Shown here in pieces: positions 26,573 to 35,465 of a stretch of 64,000 bases of DNA. Positions within the stretch are counted from its first letter, which is position 1; each line of letters starts with the position of its first letter. The notes below the pieces were generated by a model. That model saw only the letters and a list, made by a program, of their open reading frames with translations. It was not told the origin of the DNA and did no database searches. This DNA comes from Patescibacteria group bacterium (GTDB lineage Bacteria; Patescibacteriota; Minisyncoccia; Phycocordibacterales; Phycocordibacteraceae). The stretch is from positions 70,428 through 134,427 of the forward strand of contig JAZJYZ010000001.1 in NCBI GenBank assembly GCA_040390125.1, given 5' to 3'. The position numbers and the translations under genes are program-made.

Positions 26573-27214
26573 ATGTTAAGTATTCCTGAAGCCGTACAGC
26601 AAGCTACGGAGAAGGATGGATTTCTTCATTTCGGACTCTCGAATGGAGTGTTAAACCTTTCTAAAACAGCACGTTTCATAAAACCGCTCATTGAGGTTCG
26701 TACGAAAAAAAGCGTGAGCGTGGCGGCTATCACTATGGCGCTTTCACGCCTTAAAACATTAAAAAAGAGAACTAATGTTCAATTGAAACAAGTAAAACTT
26801 GATTCAATAAATATCACAAAAAATCTTGCGGAAATTACATTCGAAAGAACCTCACACAATATTGCTGCACTTGAAAAAGTAGAGAAAGAAGTGCGTAGTA
26901 AGAACGGGTATATCGTCATAACGTTCGGCACTACTGAACTTACCATCATCGTCGAGGAAAATTTTCTTCCGAGTATTAAAAAAATCATGCCCGCAAGCCC
27001 GAAAGTAATACTGCCAGGACTTGTTGCCGTAGGGGCACAATTTAATGAAAATTATATTGCTCACGTCGGAATGGTATACGCACTGATACAGCAACTCACC
27101 TTTCAAAACATTAACGTAGTTGAATTCTCCTCAACATATACGGAACTCGTTTTTTACCTCAATAAGAAAGATATGAAGCTCGCATTTGATACGCTGTACG
27201 AGCAATTCATGTAA
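26573..27214 (+). CDS. ACT-domain-containing protein (aspartate kinase regulatory-like)
   Basis: NLSKTAR, AITMALSR, C-terminal ACT NINVVEFSSTYTELVF. Confidence 0.75.
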   Translation: MLSIPEAVQQATEKDGFLHFGLSNGVLNLSKTARFIKPLIEVRTKKSVSVAAITMALSRLKTLKKRTNVQLKQVKLDSINITKNLAEITFERTSHNIAALEKVEKEVRSKNGYIVITFGTTELTIIVEENFLPSIKKIMPASPKVILPGLVAVGAQFNENYIAHVGMVYALIQQLTFQNINVVEFSSTYTELVFYLNKKDMKLAFDTLYEQFM

Positions 27215-27220
27215 ATATTC

Positions 27221-27736
27221 ATGTCCTCCCTAAAAGCTGAAAGCCAAAAGCTAAAAGCCTCTGTCATCGCTGTCGACCCTGGTTACGATCGGGTGGGCAT
27301 TGCGGTAATGGAAGGAAGCGCCCTCATTCACTCTGAATGCTTCACTCCTGAGAAGGGCGCCGTATCGTTGCGCTTAGGTGCAGTGTTTCAACACGTGAAT
27401 GCTGTTATAAAAAAATACGCCCCTGACGCACTCGCAATAGAGACTCTCTTTTTCACTAAGAACCAAAAGACCGCAATACACGTAGCTGAAGCTCGGGGCG
27501 TGATAACCCTCGCCGGGGTGGAGGCGGGCATCCCTGTGTTTGAATATTCTCCTCAAGAGGTGAAAATCGCAGTATCAGGATCAGGCAATGCAAGCAAAAA
27601 GGGCGTCATCAGAATGGTGGAGATGTTGGTGCCAATGGGTCATAAAAAGCGTCATGACGACGAATACGACGCCATAGCATTAGCTATAGCTCATCAATCG
27701 AGTGCAAAATTCAGGCAGGCTCGCAGTGGAAAATAA
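27221..27736 (+). CDS. ruvC: Crossover junction endodeoxyribonuclease RuvC
   Basis: AVDPG, AIETLFF, EARGVI, YSP.EVK, DDEYDAIALA. Confidence 0.95.
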   Translation: MSSLKAESQKLKASVIAVDPGYDRVGIAVMEGSALIHSECFTPEKGAVSLRLGAVFQHVNAVIKKYAPDALAIETLFFTKNQKTAIHVAEARGVITLAGVEAGIPVFEYSPQEVKIAVSGSGNASKKGVIRMVEMLVPMGHKKRHDDEYDAIALAIAHQSSAKFRQARSGK

Positions 27737-27737
27737 T

Positions 27738-27900
27738 AGAACCTGTCTAGAACCTTCCCCCTGCCCAAAAAGCTCTGTTTCCGGCTACAAAACTTCGTCT
27801 CGTCCTTAACGTAATGCTATTACGTTTCGGATTCCGACTCGTTTCTCGCTCAGAAACAGAACTTTTCAGTCTGGGTACCACGAGATTCTAGACAGGTTCT
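27738..27900. mobile_element. MITE-like non-coding element with 15-bp terminal inverted repeats
   Basis: AGAACCTGTCTAGAA (27738-27752) / TTCTAGACAGGTTCT (27886-27900); nested internal inverted repeats. Confidence 0.65.
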
Positions 27901-27994
27901 TACGTTTCTGGTGTTTTCCCCTACCGCCCCCTAATGCCACTTGCTAAGAAATAAAGTTTTGGTACAAATAGGGCGTTAGAAAAATATATTACGT

Positions 27995-28135
27995 ATGCTG
28001 AGCGATTCTAAGAAAAAGAAAGGTTTTGAGGACGAGGAGCTGGAAGATACGCTTGTGTCTCCTCCGGCGGAAGAAGATTTACTCGATGAGGAGGAAGAGG
28101 AAGACACCTTCGGAGACGAAGACGACATGATGTAA
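27995..28135 (+). CDS. 46-aa highly acidic small protein (not in the ORF track)
   Basis: MLSDSKKKKGFEDEELEDTLVSPPAEEDLLDEEEEEDTFGDEDDMM*; promoter-like TTGCTA..TGGTACAAA upstream, terminator downstream. Confidence 0.6.
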   Translation: MLSDSKKKKGFEDEELEDTLVSPPAEEDLLDEEEEEDTFGDEDDMM

Positions 28136-28143
28136 TAAAGCTC

Positions 28144-28175
28144 CGCCCGACGAGACACTCCAGGGCGGTTTTTTT
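28144..28175 (+). terminator. Intrinsic terminator
   Basis: CCGCCC...GGGCGG followed by a T7 run. Confidence 0.65.
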
Positions 28176-29376
28176 ATTTACGACTGATCGCAGCAAACCT
28201 ATGTTTGCCTACACGAATAATCGTTCCGTTTTCGGGTTGAAAATCAATGTCTGTAATTTTCTCATCGCTTCCAACTATCCGCACCGCCCCCTCGTTTATT
28301 AACCGCCGCCATTCCGTCTTCGAAGCAATCACCCTATTTCGAACAAGCACATCAACGAGCAATTCGCTGGCCGACATTTCGTACACAGGCACACCACTTG
28401 GTGCTTCTCGTTTAGAAAAAGCCGAAGTGAAATGTTCCTCTGCCTTCTTGCTTTCCTTATCGCCGTGATACATCCGCACAATTTCTGATGCAAGTTCAAA
28501 TTTCGCATCCCGGGGACCTTTGGTGAGAATACTCTTCACTGTGTCGAGTGGTACACGTGTGCAGTGAATAAAATACGTCTCAATAAGTGGGTCAGGTATG
28601 CTCATGACTTTGCCAAACATATCTTCCGGCACATCATTGAGATTTATAGTGTTGCCCCAGCTTGAGCTCATCTTTCTACCGTCAGTTCCAGGAATAAGCT
28701 CGCTCATCAGAATATGCTGAGGAGCTTGGCCTGCTTTCCCTTGGAGCACTCTGCCTGCAAGGAGATTAAATCTCTGGTCGGTACCGCCTAACTCAACGTC
28801 CGCTTGAACCGCAACGCTGTCATACCCTTGCATGAGTGGGTACAGCACTTCACGAAGAGAAACCCGCTTCCCGTCGTCTAAGCGACGCTTAATGTTGTCG
28901 CGAGCAATGAAGTCGGATACAGAAAACGCATCTGCCTGATCGCCAATTTGCGCATAATTCAGTTTTAAAAGCCACTCAGAGTTGTGTCGCACTTCAAGTA
29001 AGTTTTTGTCGAGGATTTTCTCTGCTTGTGCAACATACTGTGCGAGGTTCTTTTCGACATCAGCTTGACTGAGCATGGGGCGTTCACTCTCTTTGTCTGA
29101 AGTGTCGCCAACAACGCCCGTTGCATCCCCTATGATGAAAACTACGGTGTGCCCTAGGTTCTGAAAATCTCTAAGTTTCAAAAGTGGTACTGCTCGGCCA
29201 ATGTGAAGATTCGGACTCGTCGGGTCTATGCCAAGCTTGATACGTAAACGCTTTCCGCTCAATAAAAGTTTCCGGAGCGATTCACCCGATGGAATAATTT
29301 CAATGACACTCCTCGTTACTAGTGTTTCTATCTTCGCAGGGTCAGTGCTCACGGGGACTTTAGATTTAAAAAACAT
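28174..29376 (-). CDS. tyrS: Tyrosine--tRNA ligase
   Basis: GIDPTSPNLHIGR, YPLMQGYD, GGTDQ, KMSSS, C-terminal S4 domain. Confidence 0.97.
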   Translation of the reverse strand: MFFKSKVPVSTDPAKIETLVTRSVIEIIPSGESLRKLLLSGKRLRIKLGIDPTSPNLHIGRAVPLLKLRDFQNLGHTVVFIIGDATGVVGDTSDKESERPMLSQADVEKNLAQYVAQAEKILDKNLLEVRHNSEWLLKLNYAQIGDQADAFSVSDFIARDNIKRRLDDGKRVSLREVLYPLMQGYDSVAVQADVELGGTDQRFNLLAGRVLQGKAGQAPQHILMSELIPGTDGRKMSSSWGNTINLNDVPEDMFGKVMSIPDPLIETYFIHCTRVPLDTVKSILTKGPRDAKFELASEIVRMYHGDKESKKAEEHFTSAFSKREAPSGVPVYEMSASELLVDVLVRNRVIASKTEWRRLINEGAVRIVGSDEKITDIDFQPENGTIIRVGKHRFAAISRK

Positions 29377-29434
29377 GAAATAACTCTAGCATGCCACCTG
29401 GCACAGAGCCTCTTCCCTTGCTACGATTCACTCT

Positions 29435-31603
29435 ATGCGGAAAAGAGGATTCATTCGTAAGCACAAACGAAACATTGCGTTAATACTAGGGGCAGGAGCA
29501 CTTTTTTCTTTTGGCGTACTCGCACTATGGGCAGTGTCTCTAAAGATTCCCGATATTACATCCTTAGAAACCCGCAAAGTTGAGCAGTCGACAAAAATTT
29601 ATGATCGCACCGGCACTGTTCTTCTGGACGACTTGAGTGAGAACATGAAACGTACCGTAGTTAAAAGCGACGAGATTTCGCCATACATAAAACAAGCAAC
29701 GGTAGCTATCGAGGACACGGAATTTTACAATCACATCGGAGTGCGGCCAATAGCATTTTTGCGAGCGGCTATTGTTAACGTACTTTCTCTCGGATTTGAA
29801 CAAGGAGGCTCAACCATCACACAACAGGTGGTCAAAAATTCGATACTCACACTCGACAAAACCATTGCCAGGAAAGTGAAGGAATGGATCTTAGCAATAA
29901 AACTTGAGCGGGTCCTCACGAAAGAGCAGATACTCGAGCTTTACCTAAACGGGAACCCCTATGGCGGACTCATTTATGGCGTTGAGGAAGCAAGTGAACA
30001 GTTTTTCAGCAAACACGCAAAAGATGTGAGCCTAGCCGAAGCCGCGTATCTCGCAGCACTACCCCAAGCTCCCACCTATTACTCACCGTACGGGAATCAC
30101 CAAGACGCCTTGGACACACGAAAAAACGTAGTGTTGTCGAGAATGAAGGAGCTCGGATTCATCACTACAGAGGAGTACGAACAGGCTAAGGCTGAAAGAG
30201 TGGCGTTTGCTCCGCAAGCAACATCTGGCATACGTGCTCCACATTTTGTTTTCTATGTCCGAGGTTTGCTCGAGCAAGAATTTGGAACAAGTGCACTCGA
30301 ACAATCCGGCTGGCGTATTATCACCACACTCGATGCCGACCTTGAAGCAAAGGCAGAGGAAATCGTTAAAAAGAGAGCTACTGAAAATGAAAAAAACTTT
30401 AATGCAGAGAATGCGAGTCTCGTTGCGATCGACCCAAAAACAGGAGACATCCTTGTAATGGCTGGCTCTCGAGACTATTTTGATCCCGAAATAAATGGTG
30501 CCTACAATATTACCCTTGCAAAACGCCAGCCTGGTTCATCATTTAAACCATTCGTATACGCAGCATCCTTTCTAAAGGGATACACACCTGACACCGTGCT
30601 CTTCGATGTGCCTACACAATTTTCAACCTCGTGCCCCCCAACAAGTCTCAGCAATACTCCCCCATGCTATGCACCACAAAACTTTGATGACAAATTCTTT
30701 GGCCCCCTAACCCTCCGCGATGCACTCGCACAATCAAGAAACATTCCCGCACTGAAAGTTCTCTATCTTGTAGGAATTAATAATGCACTATCGCTTGCAC
30801 GGTCTATGGGTATCTCAACCTTGGCGGGGGCCGACCGATACGGCCTCACATTAGTGCTCGGAGGCGGAGAAGTGACACCACTTGATATGACGAGTGCCTA
30901 CGGCGTCTTCGCAAATGAAGGTGTGCGAAACCCACATCGTGCACTACTGCGTATCGAAGATAAGGACGGAAAGGAAATAAAAACATACCCTCTATCGCCA
31001 GAGCGAGTCCTTGATCAGAATGTAGCCTTAAACATATCTGACATCCTATCTGACAACGTGGCACGCACCCCCGAGTTCGGATCAGACTCAGCACTTAACT
31101 TTCCGGGTCGCCACGTTACCGCAAAAACCGGCACAACCAACGACTATAGGGACGCCTGGATCATGGGTTATACACCAGACATTGCAGTGGGTGCGTGGGC
31201 TGGCAATAACGACAACACGCCCATGGTAAAGCGAATTGCGGGCTTCATCGTCGCACCGCTTTGGCATGAATTTTTCGAATACGCACTCACTAAGTTTCCT
31301 AATACCCCATTCCCTGAAGCACGGGCATTAGACAGTGCGAGCGATAAACCGATCTTGCGAGGAATATGGCAGGGGGGTGATGTAACCCCCGTTGATGGGG
31401 GTACTACTTCAGGGGCTGATGTAGGCAAAAACCGCATTACCGTATCGGTGCATTCCATTCTCTTCTGGTTAAATAAAGACGATCCCCGTGGAGCGCCTCC
31501 TAGTAATCCGAACGAAGACCCTCAATTTGCACGCTGGGAGTGGGGTGTTAGAAATTGGGCCACGCAACATGGACTTGTTGATGGAACCACAATCATTCAG
31601 TAG
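29435..31603 (+). CDS. Class A penicillin-binding protein (PBP1A family)
   Basis: Transglycosylase EDTEFY, GGSTITQQ, RKVKE; transpeptidase SSFK, SRN, KTG. Confidence 0.95.
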   Translation: MRKRGFIRKHKRNIALILGAGALFSFGVLALWAVSLKIPDITSLETRKVEQSTKIYDRTGTVLLDDLSENMKRTVVKSDEISPYIKQATVAIEDTEFYNHIGVRPIAFLRAAIVNVLSLGFEQGGSTITQQVVKNSILTLDKTIARKVKEWILAIKLERVLTKEQILELYLNGNPYGGLIYGVEEASEQFFSKHAKDVSLAEAAYLAALPQAPTYYSPYGNHQDALDTRKNVVLSRMKELGFITTEEYEQAKAERVAFAPQATSGIRAPHFVFYVRGLLEQEFGTSALEQSGWRIITTLDADLEAKAEEIVKKRATENEKNFNAENASLVAIDPKTGDILVMAGSRDYFDPEINGAYNITLAKRQPGSSFKPFVYAASFLKGYTPDTVLFDVPTQFSTSCPPTSLSNTPPCYAPQNFDDKFFGPLTLRDALAQSRNIPALKVLYLVGINNALSLARSMGISTLAGADRYGLTLVLGGGEVTPLDMTSAYGVFANEGVRNPHRALLRIEDKDGKEIKTYPLSPERVLDQNVALNISDILSDNVARTPEFGSDSALNFPGRHVTAKTGTTNDYRDAWIMGYTPDIAVGAWAGNNDNTPMVKRIAGFIVAPLWHEFFEYALTKFPNTPFPEARALDSASDKPILRGIWQGGDVTPVDGGTTSGADVGKNRITVSVHSILFWLNKDDPRGAPPSNPNEDPQFARWEWGVRNWATQHGLVDGTTIIQ

Positions 31604-31611
31604 TGGGGGGG

Positions 31612-31696
31612 GCTTCCAGCTGTCAGCTTCTAGCTTTCAGCTTTCAGCTTTAATTTCAGAAAAGCTGGAAGCTGGCACCTGGAAGCTAGAAGCTAA
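31612..31696. repeat. Inverted pair of 7-nt arrays
   Basis: CTTCCAG CTGTCAG CTTCTAG CTTTCAG CTTTCAG / AAGCTGG AAGCTGG CACCTGG AAGCTAG AAGCTAA. Confidence 0.85.
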
Positions 31697-31960
31697 TTAG
31701 CGGATATCCCTCACTATATTTCGAGCTTTAGGTATTTCTTGAAATAGCTCTGCAAGAATCGCACCCCTCGCAACTTGAATTGCACTTTTTGCAATAGAGG
31801 AACACTTAACAAACGCCACATTGTTAGAAATTGAAATATCTTCTTTTTTAACAGGTACTTTTGCAATAAAAGAAACTGAAGACGCAACGGCACGACGAAT
31901 CGCATCATCTGGCGGGGTGAGGTTCTGGAACCTGGCGAGAAAATCATTTACGAGTTTCAT
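31697..31960 (-). CDS. Small protein downstream of dnaN, DciA (DUF721)-like
   Basis: ISNNVAFVKCSSIAKSAI...ILAEL...VRDIR pattern and position next to dnaN. Confidence 0.55.
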   Translation of the reverse strand: MKLVNDFLARFQNLTPPDDAIRRAVASSVSFIAKVPVKKEDISISNNVAFVKCSSIAKSAIQVARGAILAELFQEIPKARNIVRDIR

Positions 31961-31962
31961 AA

Positions 31963-32024
31963 GGTGCTAGGTGCTAGGTGCTAGGTGCTAGCTTTAAAAG
32001 CTAGAAGCTAGTCCCTAGAACCTG
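31963..32024. repeat. Inverted pair of 7-nt arrays without cargo
   Basis: (GGTGCTA)4 GCTTT-A-AAAGC TAGAAGC TAGTCCC TAGAACC. Confidence 0.85.
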
Positions 32025-32025
32025 A

Positions 32026-33126
32026 CTAACGATTCATCGGCATCACAAGGTAGGTGAACCCCTTTCCTTGGCTATCGGTCATAACCATTGGTTTCCCGGC
32101 GCCCGCCACAGAAAAAGTAACACTATCCCCCGCAACGATTGAGAGTGCATCAATGATGTATTTTGCATTAAAGTTTATATCGATATCCTCGCCGGTGAGC
32201 ACTGCGGGAATATGATCAACCGTCTCCCCCACTGACGCATTAACCGCACGAACCGTAAAAGTCTTCTCTGAGGGTTTAAGAGAAATGTGGACCTGATTAA
32301 ATGAGTCAGTGAATATGGATACTTTGCGAAACGCACGTATAGCATCCTCTTTGAGACAGGTTGCGGACGCAACGTAATCTCGAGGAATAATCGCATGATA
32401 GTCAGGAAAGGCACCATCAATAGTTCTTGAAGTAATGTGCCCAAAATCAGAAATAAATGAGCACTGATTATCCCCCACACGTACTTCAACCTCAGACCCA
32501 AACTCAATCGCTCGCAGGATATCAAGAACATTCCGAGCAGGAATCAATACCGAACCAAAAGAACTTTTTGTTTTGATGGGTATTTTTACCTCAGCAAGAC
32601 GAAATGAGTCGGTAGCCACCGCAACCAATTCCCCTTTTTCTAAAGTAAGAGAAATACTTGAGAGCTCAGGCTTAACGCTCGACACTGATGCAGAAAATGA
32701 AACCGACTTTAGTGCACCAATAAACTCACGGACTGGTAATACAGTAGACGTACCCACACCCTCCTTTACATACGGCAGTGTAGGAAATTCCGATGGATCG
32801 ACTAACGTAATTGATGTAGTCCCCCTATCCCCATCAATAATAAGATTATTACCTGATGTTTTTAAAATTAATTTCTGATCAGTAAGTGCTGAAACTGTTT
32901 GCGACAAGATATGTGCAGGGACAGCAATAACCCCATCCTGACTCGTCTTTGCTTTAAGTACCACCTCAACACTCAAATCAAGATTGGTGGCACGAAGAAC
33001 AGCCCTCCCACCTTCAACTACTATCAAAACACAACCAAATACTGGAAGTGAGAGACTTTTATTACTCACCTTAGAGGCAATACCAACAGCCCTCTCTAAA
33101 TTCTCTCTTAATATCTCAATTTTCAT
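32026..33126 (-). CDS. dnaN: DNA polymerase III beta clamp
   Basis: ATNLDL, VATDSFRL, GAFPDY, FNAKY, VMPM. Confidence 0.97.
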   Translation of the reverse strand: MKIEILRENLERAVGIASKVSNKSLSLPVFGCVLIVVEGGRAVLRATNLDLSVEVVLKAKTSQDGVIAVPAHILSQTVSALTDQKLILKTSGNNLIIDGDRGTTSITLVDPSEFPTLPYVKEGVGTSTVLPVREFIGALKSVSFSASVSSVKPELSSISLTLEKGELVAVATDSFRLAEVKIPIKTKSSFGSVLIPARNVLDILRAIEFGSEVEVRVGDNQCSFISDFGHITSRTIDGAFPDYHAIIPRDYVASATCLKEDAIRAFRKVSIFTDSFNQVHISLKPSEKTFTVRAVNASVGETVDHIPAVLTGEDIDINFNAKYIIDALSIVAGDSVTFSVAGAGKPMVMTDSQGKGFTYLVMPMNR

Positions 33127-33358
33127 ATGTATTTATAGTTAAGAGAATATCTCTATTCTAATACACTGTGGACTGTGTGGGTAGCTTAAAAAACCTTTAA
33201 TTAAGCTGTATTTATTAATTATTTTTATGAAAAGCTGTTTATTAGCCACGTTTCTACTGTGCGTAATGTCTCTAAGTATATTTTGTGATTTTTTAGAAAA
33301 AACTCTCCACATGTTTTCCACTAACTTTTTCAAGTAGTTATTCATGTTATTTTCAACA
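33127..33358. other. Putative oriC (dnaA-dnaN intergenic region)
   Basis: AT-rich; DnaA-box-like TGTGGACTG (33167), TGTGGGTAG (33176), CTCTCCACA (33303), TTTTCCACT (33314). Confidence 0.75.
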
Positions 33359-34705
33359 TCATTTCAACATCCCACGAATTTCCTCTATTTGGGTTTTTAA
33401 ATCACCATCAGTAATGATTCCTCCACGAACTTTTTCACATGCATGAATAACAGTTGTGTGATCTCGCCCACCAAAAACAGTCCCTATAGCTGGATACGAT
33501 AGATGAAAATCTTCCCGGAGTATGTACATCATTATTTGACGAGGACGAACCACCTCTCTGCGTCTTGTTTTTGCATACATACTCGCCTCATCGATGTTAT
33601 AGAATTCAGCAATTCTTGAAATAACATGCTTTACAGACACAATACGTTTAGGTCTGGCGGTATTTTTTATAAGATCTTTTATTTGATCTTCTCCTAGTAT
33701 TCCCTTGAGTTGTATTTGGCAAAGAATAGTATTTAACATACCCTCTATTTCACGGATGTTTCCTGGCACCGCCATAGAAAGGCTCTCTATAGCCGTATCT
33801 GAGAGGTTGAGGTTCATTGATTCAGCTTTCGTTTTAATGATTGCCATTCTGGACTCATGGTCAGGTTCATTTATGGCGACAGCCATCCCCGCTACAAAAC
33901 GAGACTTGAGACGTTCCGTTATGTCAGGGATGAGGTTTGGGTGTTTATCGCTTGAGCAAACGATTTGCTTGTTCGCATCGTGGAGTGTATTGAAAAGGTG
34001 GAAAAATTCTTCTTGGATCGTCCCCTTTTTCGAAAAGAACTGTATGTCGTCGATTATAAGAACGTCATACGAGCGATATTTCTCTTTAAATGAAGGGATA
34101 CTGCGGTTATTGATGGCGTTCATGAACTCAAACCCAAATCTCTCAGCAGTAAGATAGAACACTTTCTTTGATGGGTAGGCTTTTTTTATCTGATTACCCA
34201 CCGCTTGAGTGAGATGCGTTTTCCCGCGTCCTGTTTCTCCGTATACGAAGAGTGGGTTGTAGGCAATACCGGGATTTTTAACAACCACTTGACCTGCAGT
34301 GAAGGCGAGCTCATTAAAAGGCCCCACGACGAAGGTATCGAAGGTGTAGCGTGGATTAAGATTGTCTGAGCGGTTGATGTAGTAGTCGGACAAAGGAAGC
34401 TCTGATTCGGTTCGAGTTTCTACGATGACCTTTTCTGGTGCTCTTTTAGGGCTTTCTTTTGAAACGATATATTCGACGCCACGAAGTGTGTCAACAAAGC
34501 CACGGATGGTCTTTAAAACGAGTTTTCCGAAGCGTTCAGATATCCATTCTTTCGTCAGTTGGTTGGGAACCCCGACAAACACAACCCCGTCTTCTATCCG
34601 TACAATGTGAGTTTCGCCGAACCACATCTTGAAACTCGCAGGAGATATTGAAAGCTCTATGTTCGTAAGCGTATTTTCCCAGAGTTGTTTTGTGTCAAGT
34701 TCCAT
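33359..34705 (-). CDS. dnaA: Chromosomal replication initiator DnaA
   Basis: YTFDTFV, NPLFVYG..G.GKTHL, IDDIQF, GGRDHTTV. Confidence 0.98.
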   Translation of the reverse strand: MELDTKQLWENTLTNIELSISPASFKMWFGETHIVRIEDGVVFVGVPNQLTKEWISERFGKLVLKTIRGFVDTLRGVEYIVSKESPKRAPEKVIVETRTESELPLSDYYINRSDNLNPRYTFDTFVVGPFNELAFTAGQVVVKNPGIAYNPLFVYGETGRGKTHLTQAVGNQIKKAYPSKKVFYLTAERFGFEFMNAINNRSIPSFKEKYRSYDVLIIDDIQFFSKKGTIQEEFFHLFNTLHDANKQIVCSSDKHPNLIPDITERLKSRFVAGMAVAINEPDHESRMAIIKTKAESMNLNLSDTAIESLSMAVPGNIREIEGMLNTILCQIQLKGILGEDQIKDLIKNTARPKRIVSVKHVISRIAEFYNIDEASMYAKTRRREVVRPRQIMMYILREDFHLSYPAIGTVFGGRDHTTVIHACEKVRGGIITDGDLKTQIEEIRGMLK

Positions 34706-34738
34706 GCAAAAGTATTGTGAGTTCAGCTATTATACCTG

Positions 34739-34808
34739 TGTGGAGAAAACGGCAAACTTGCGGAAAAGCCCCGCTCATGTTAATAAACTGTGAGATACTT
34801 GTGTATAA
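34739..34808. promoter_or_regulatory. DnaA boxes in the dnaA-rpmH intergenic region
   Basis: TGTGGAGAA at 34739-34747; TGTGTATAA at 34800-34808 (reverse complement TTATACACA, consensus match). Confidence 0.6.
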
Positions 34809-34820
34809 CAGTTCACTTCA

Positions 34821-34976
34821 ATGAAAAGAACATACCAACCTAAAAAAAGAAAGAGAGCTACAACCCACGGCTTCTTGGTCCGCACAGCAACTACCTCTGG
34901 CAGGAAGGTTTTGAAGAATCGTCGTCGCAAAGGCCGTGCAAAACTCACTGTTCAAAGCAAGAAAAAGGGAAAATAG
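34821..34976 (+). CDS. rpmH: 50S ribosomal protein L34 (not in the ORF track)
   Basis: [44 protein letters not shown]... Confidence 0.97.
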   Translation: MKRTYQPKKRKRATTHGFLVRTATTSGRKVLKNRRRKGRAKLTVQSKKKGK

Positions 34977-35052
34977 TGTTTAGGGTGTAGGGAAAGAAGT
35001 TTATTTTTCATGCTTCCCTAGTGGCTATACCCTAGTGGCTACCCCCTAATCT

Positions 35053-35367
35053 ATGTTGTCGAAAAAAGAGCGCGTTTCAAGGCTCACATTCCAAAAGCGA
35101 CCTGTACGTACAGGTCGCTTTATATATGGCTCTATAAAAGGGTTTGAGGGAGATCCTGCTGGGGCCGTTGTCGTTTCAAAAAAAGTCTGCCGTACGGCTC
35201 CAGCACGAAATAAGCTTAGACGAAGGATTTACAATATTCTCCGTCCTCTCATCCGCACCAAGGCACTTCAAGGTAACGTTATCGTGTATCCAAATGCACT
35301 GGCTATGAAGGCTCCGTTTCAAGAGCTGAAGAAAGAACTGGAGAAGCGTTTAGGGGTTAGCGTTTAG
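35053..35367 (+). CDS. rnpA: Ribonuclease P protein component
   Basis: VVVSKKV...ARNKLRRRI (RNR motif); follows rpmH. Confidence 0.88.
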   Translation: MLSKKERVSRLTFQKRPVRTGRFIYGSIKGFEGDPAGAVVVSKKVCRTAPARNKLRRRIYNILRPLIRTKALQGNVIVYPNALAMKAPFQELKKELEKRLGVSV

Positions 35368-35442
35368 GGGCTAGTGTTGACAGAAAGGTAAAAAATATAG
35401 AACCCTACTTCGCTAAACGCTAAACACTAGCCCCTAACCCCT
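35346..35442. repeat. Inverted pair of 7-nt arrays overlapping the rnpA stop
   Basis: TTAGGGGCTAGTGTT / AACACTAGCCCCTAA perfect 15-bp inverted repeat within the heptamer arrays. Confidence 0.8.
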
Positions 35443-35465
35443 CTCCTGCGTTATGATGCCTTGAA

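Noticed and set aside
31488-31700. ORF-track 70-aa ORF, and the N-terminal extensions of ruvA (14044) and 50501-51355
   Set aside because: They are translations of repeat arrays or intergenic palindromes rather than plausible protein sequence
33139-33345. 68-aa ORF between dnaA and dnaN
   Set aside because: Lies in the AT-rich, DnaA-box-containing putative oriC; likely spurious
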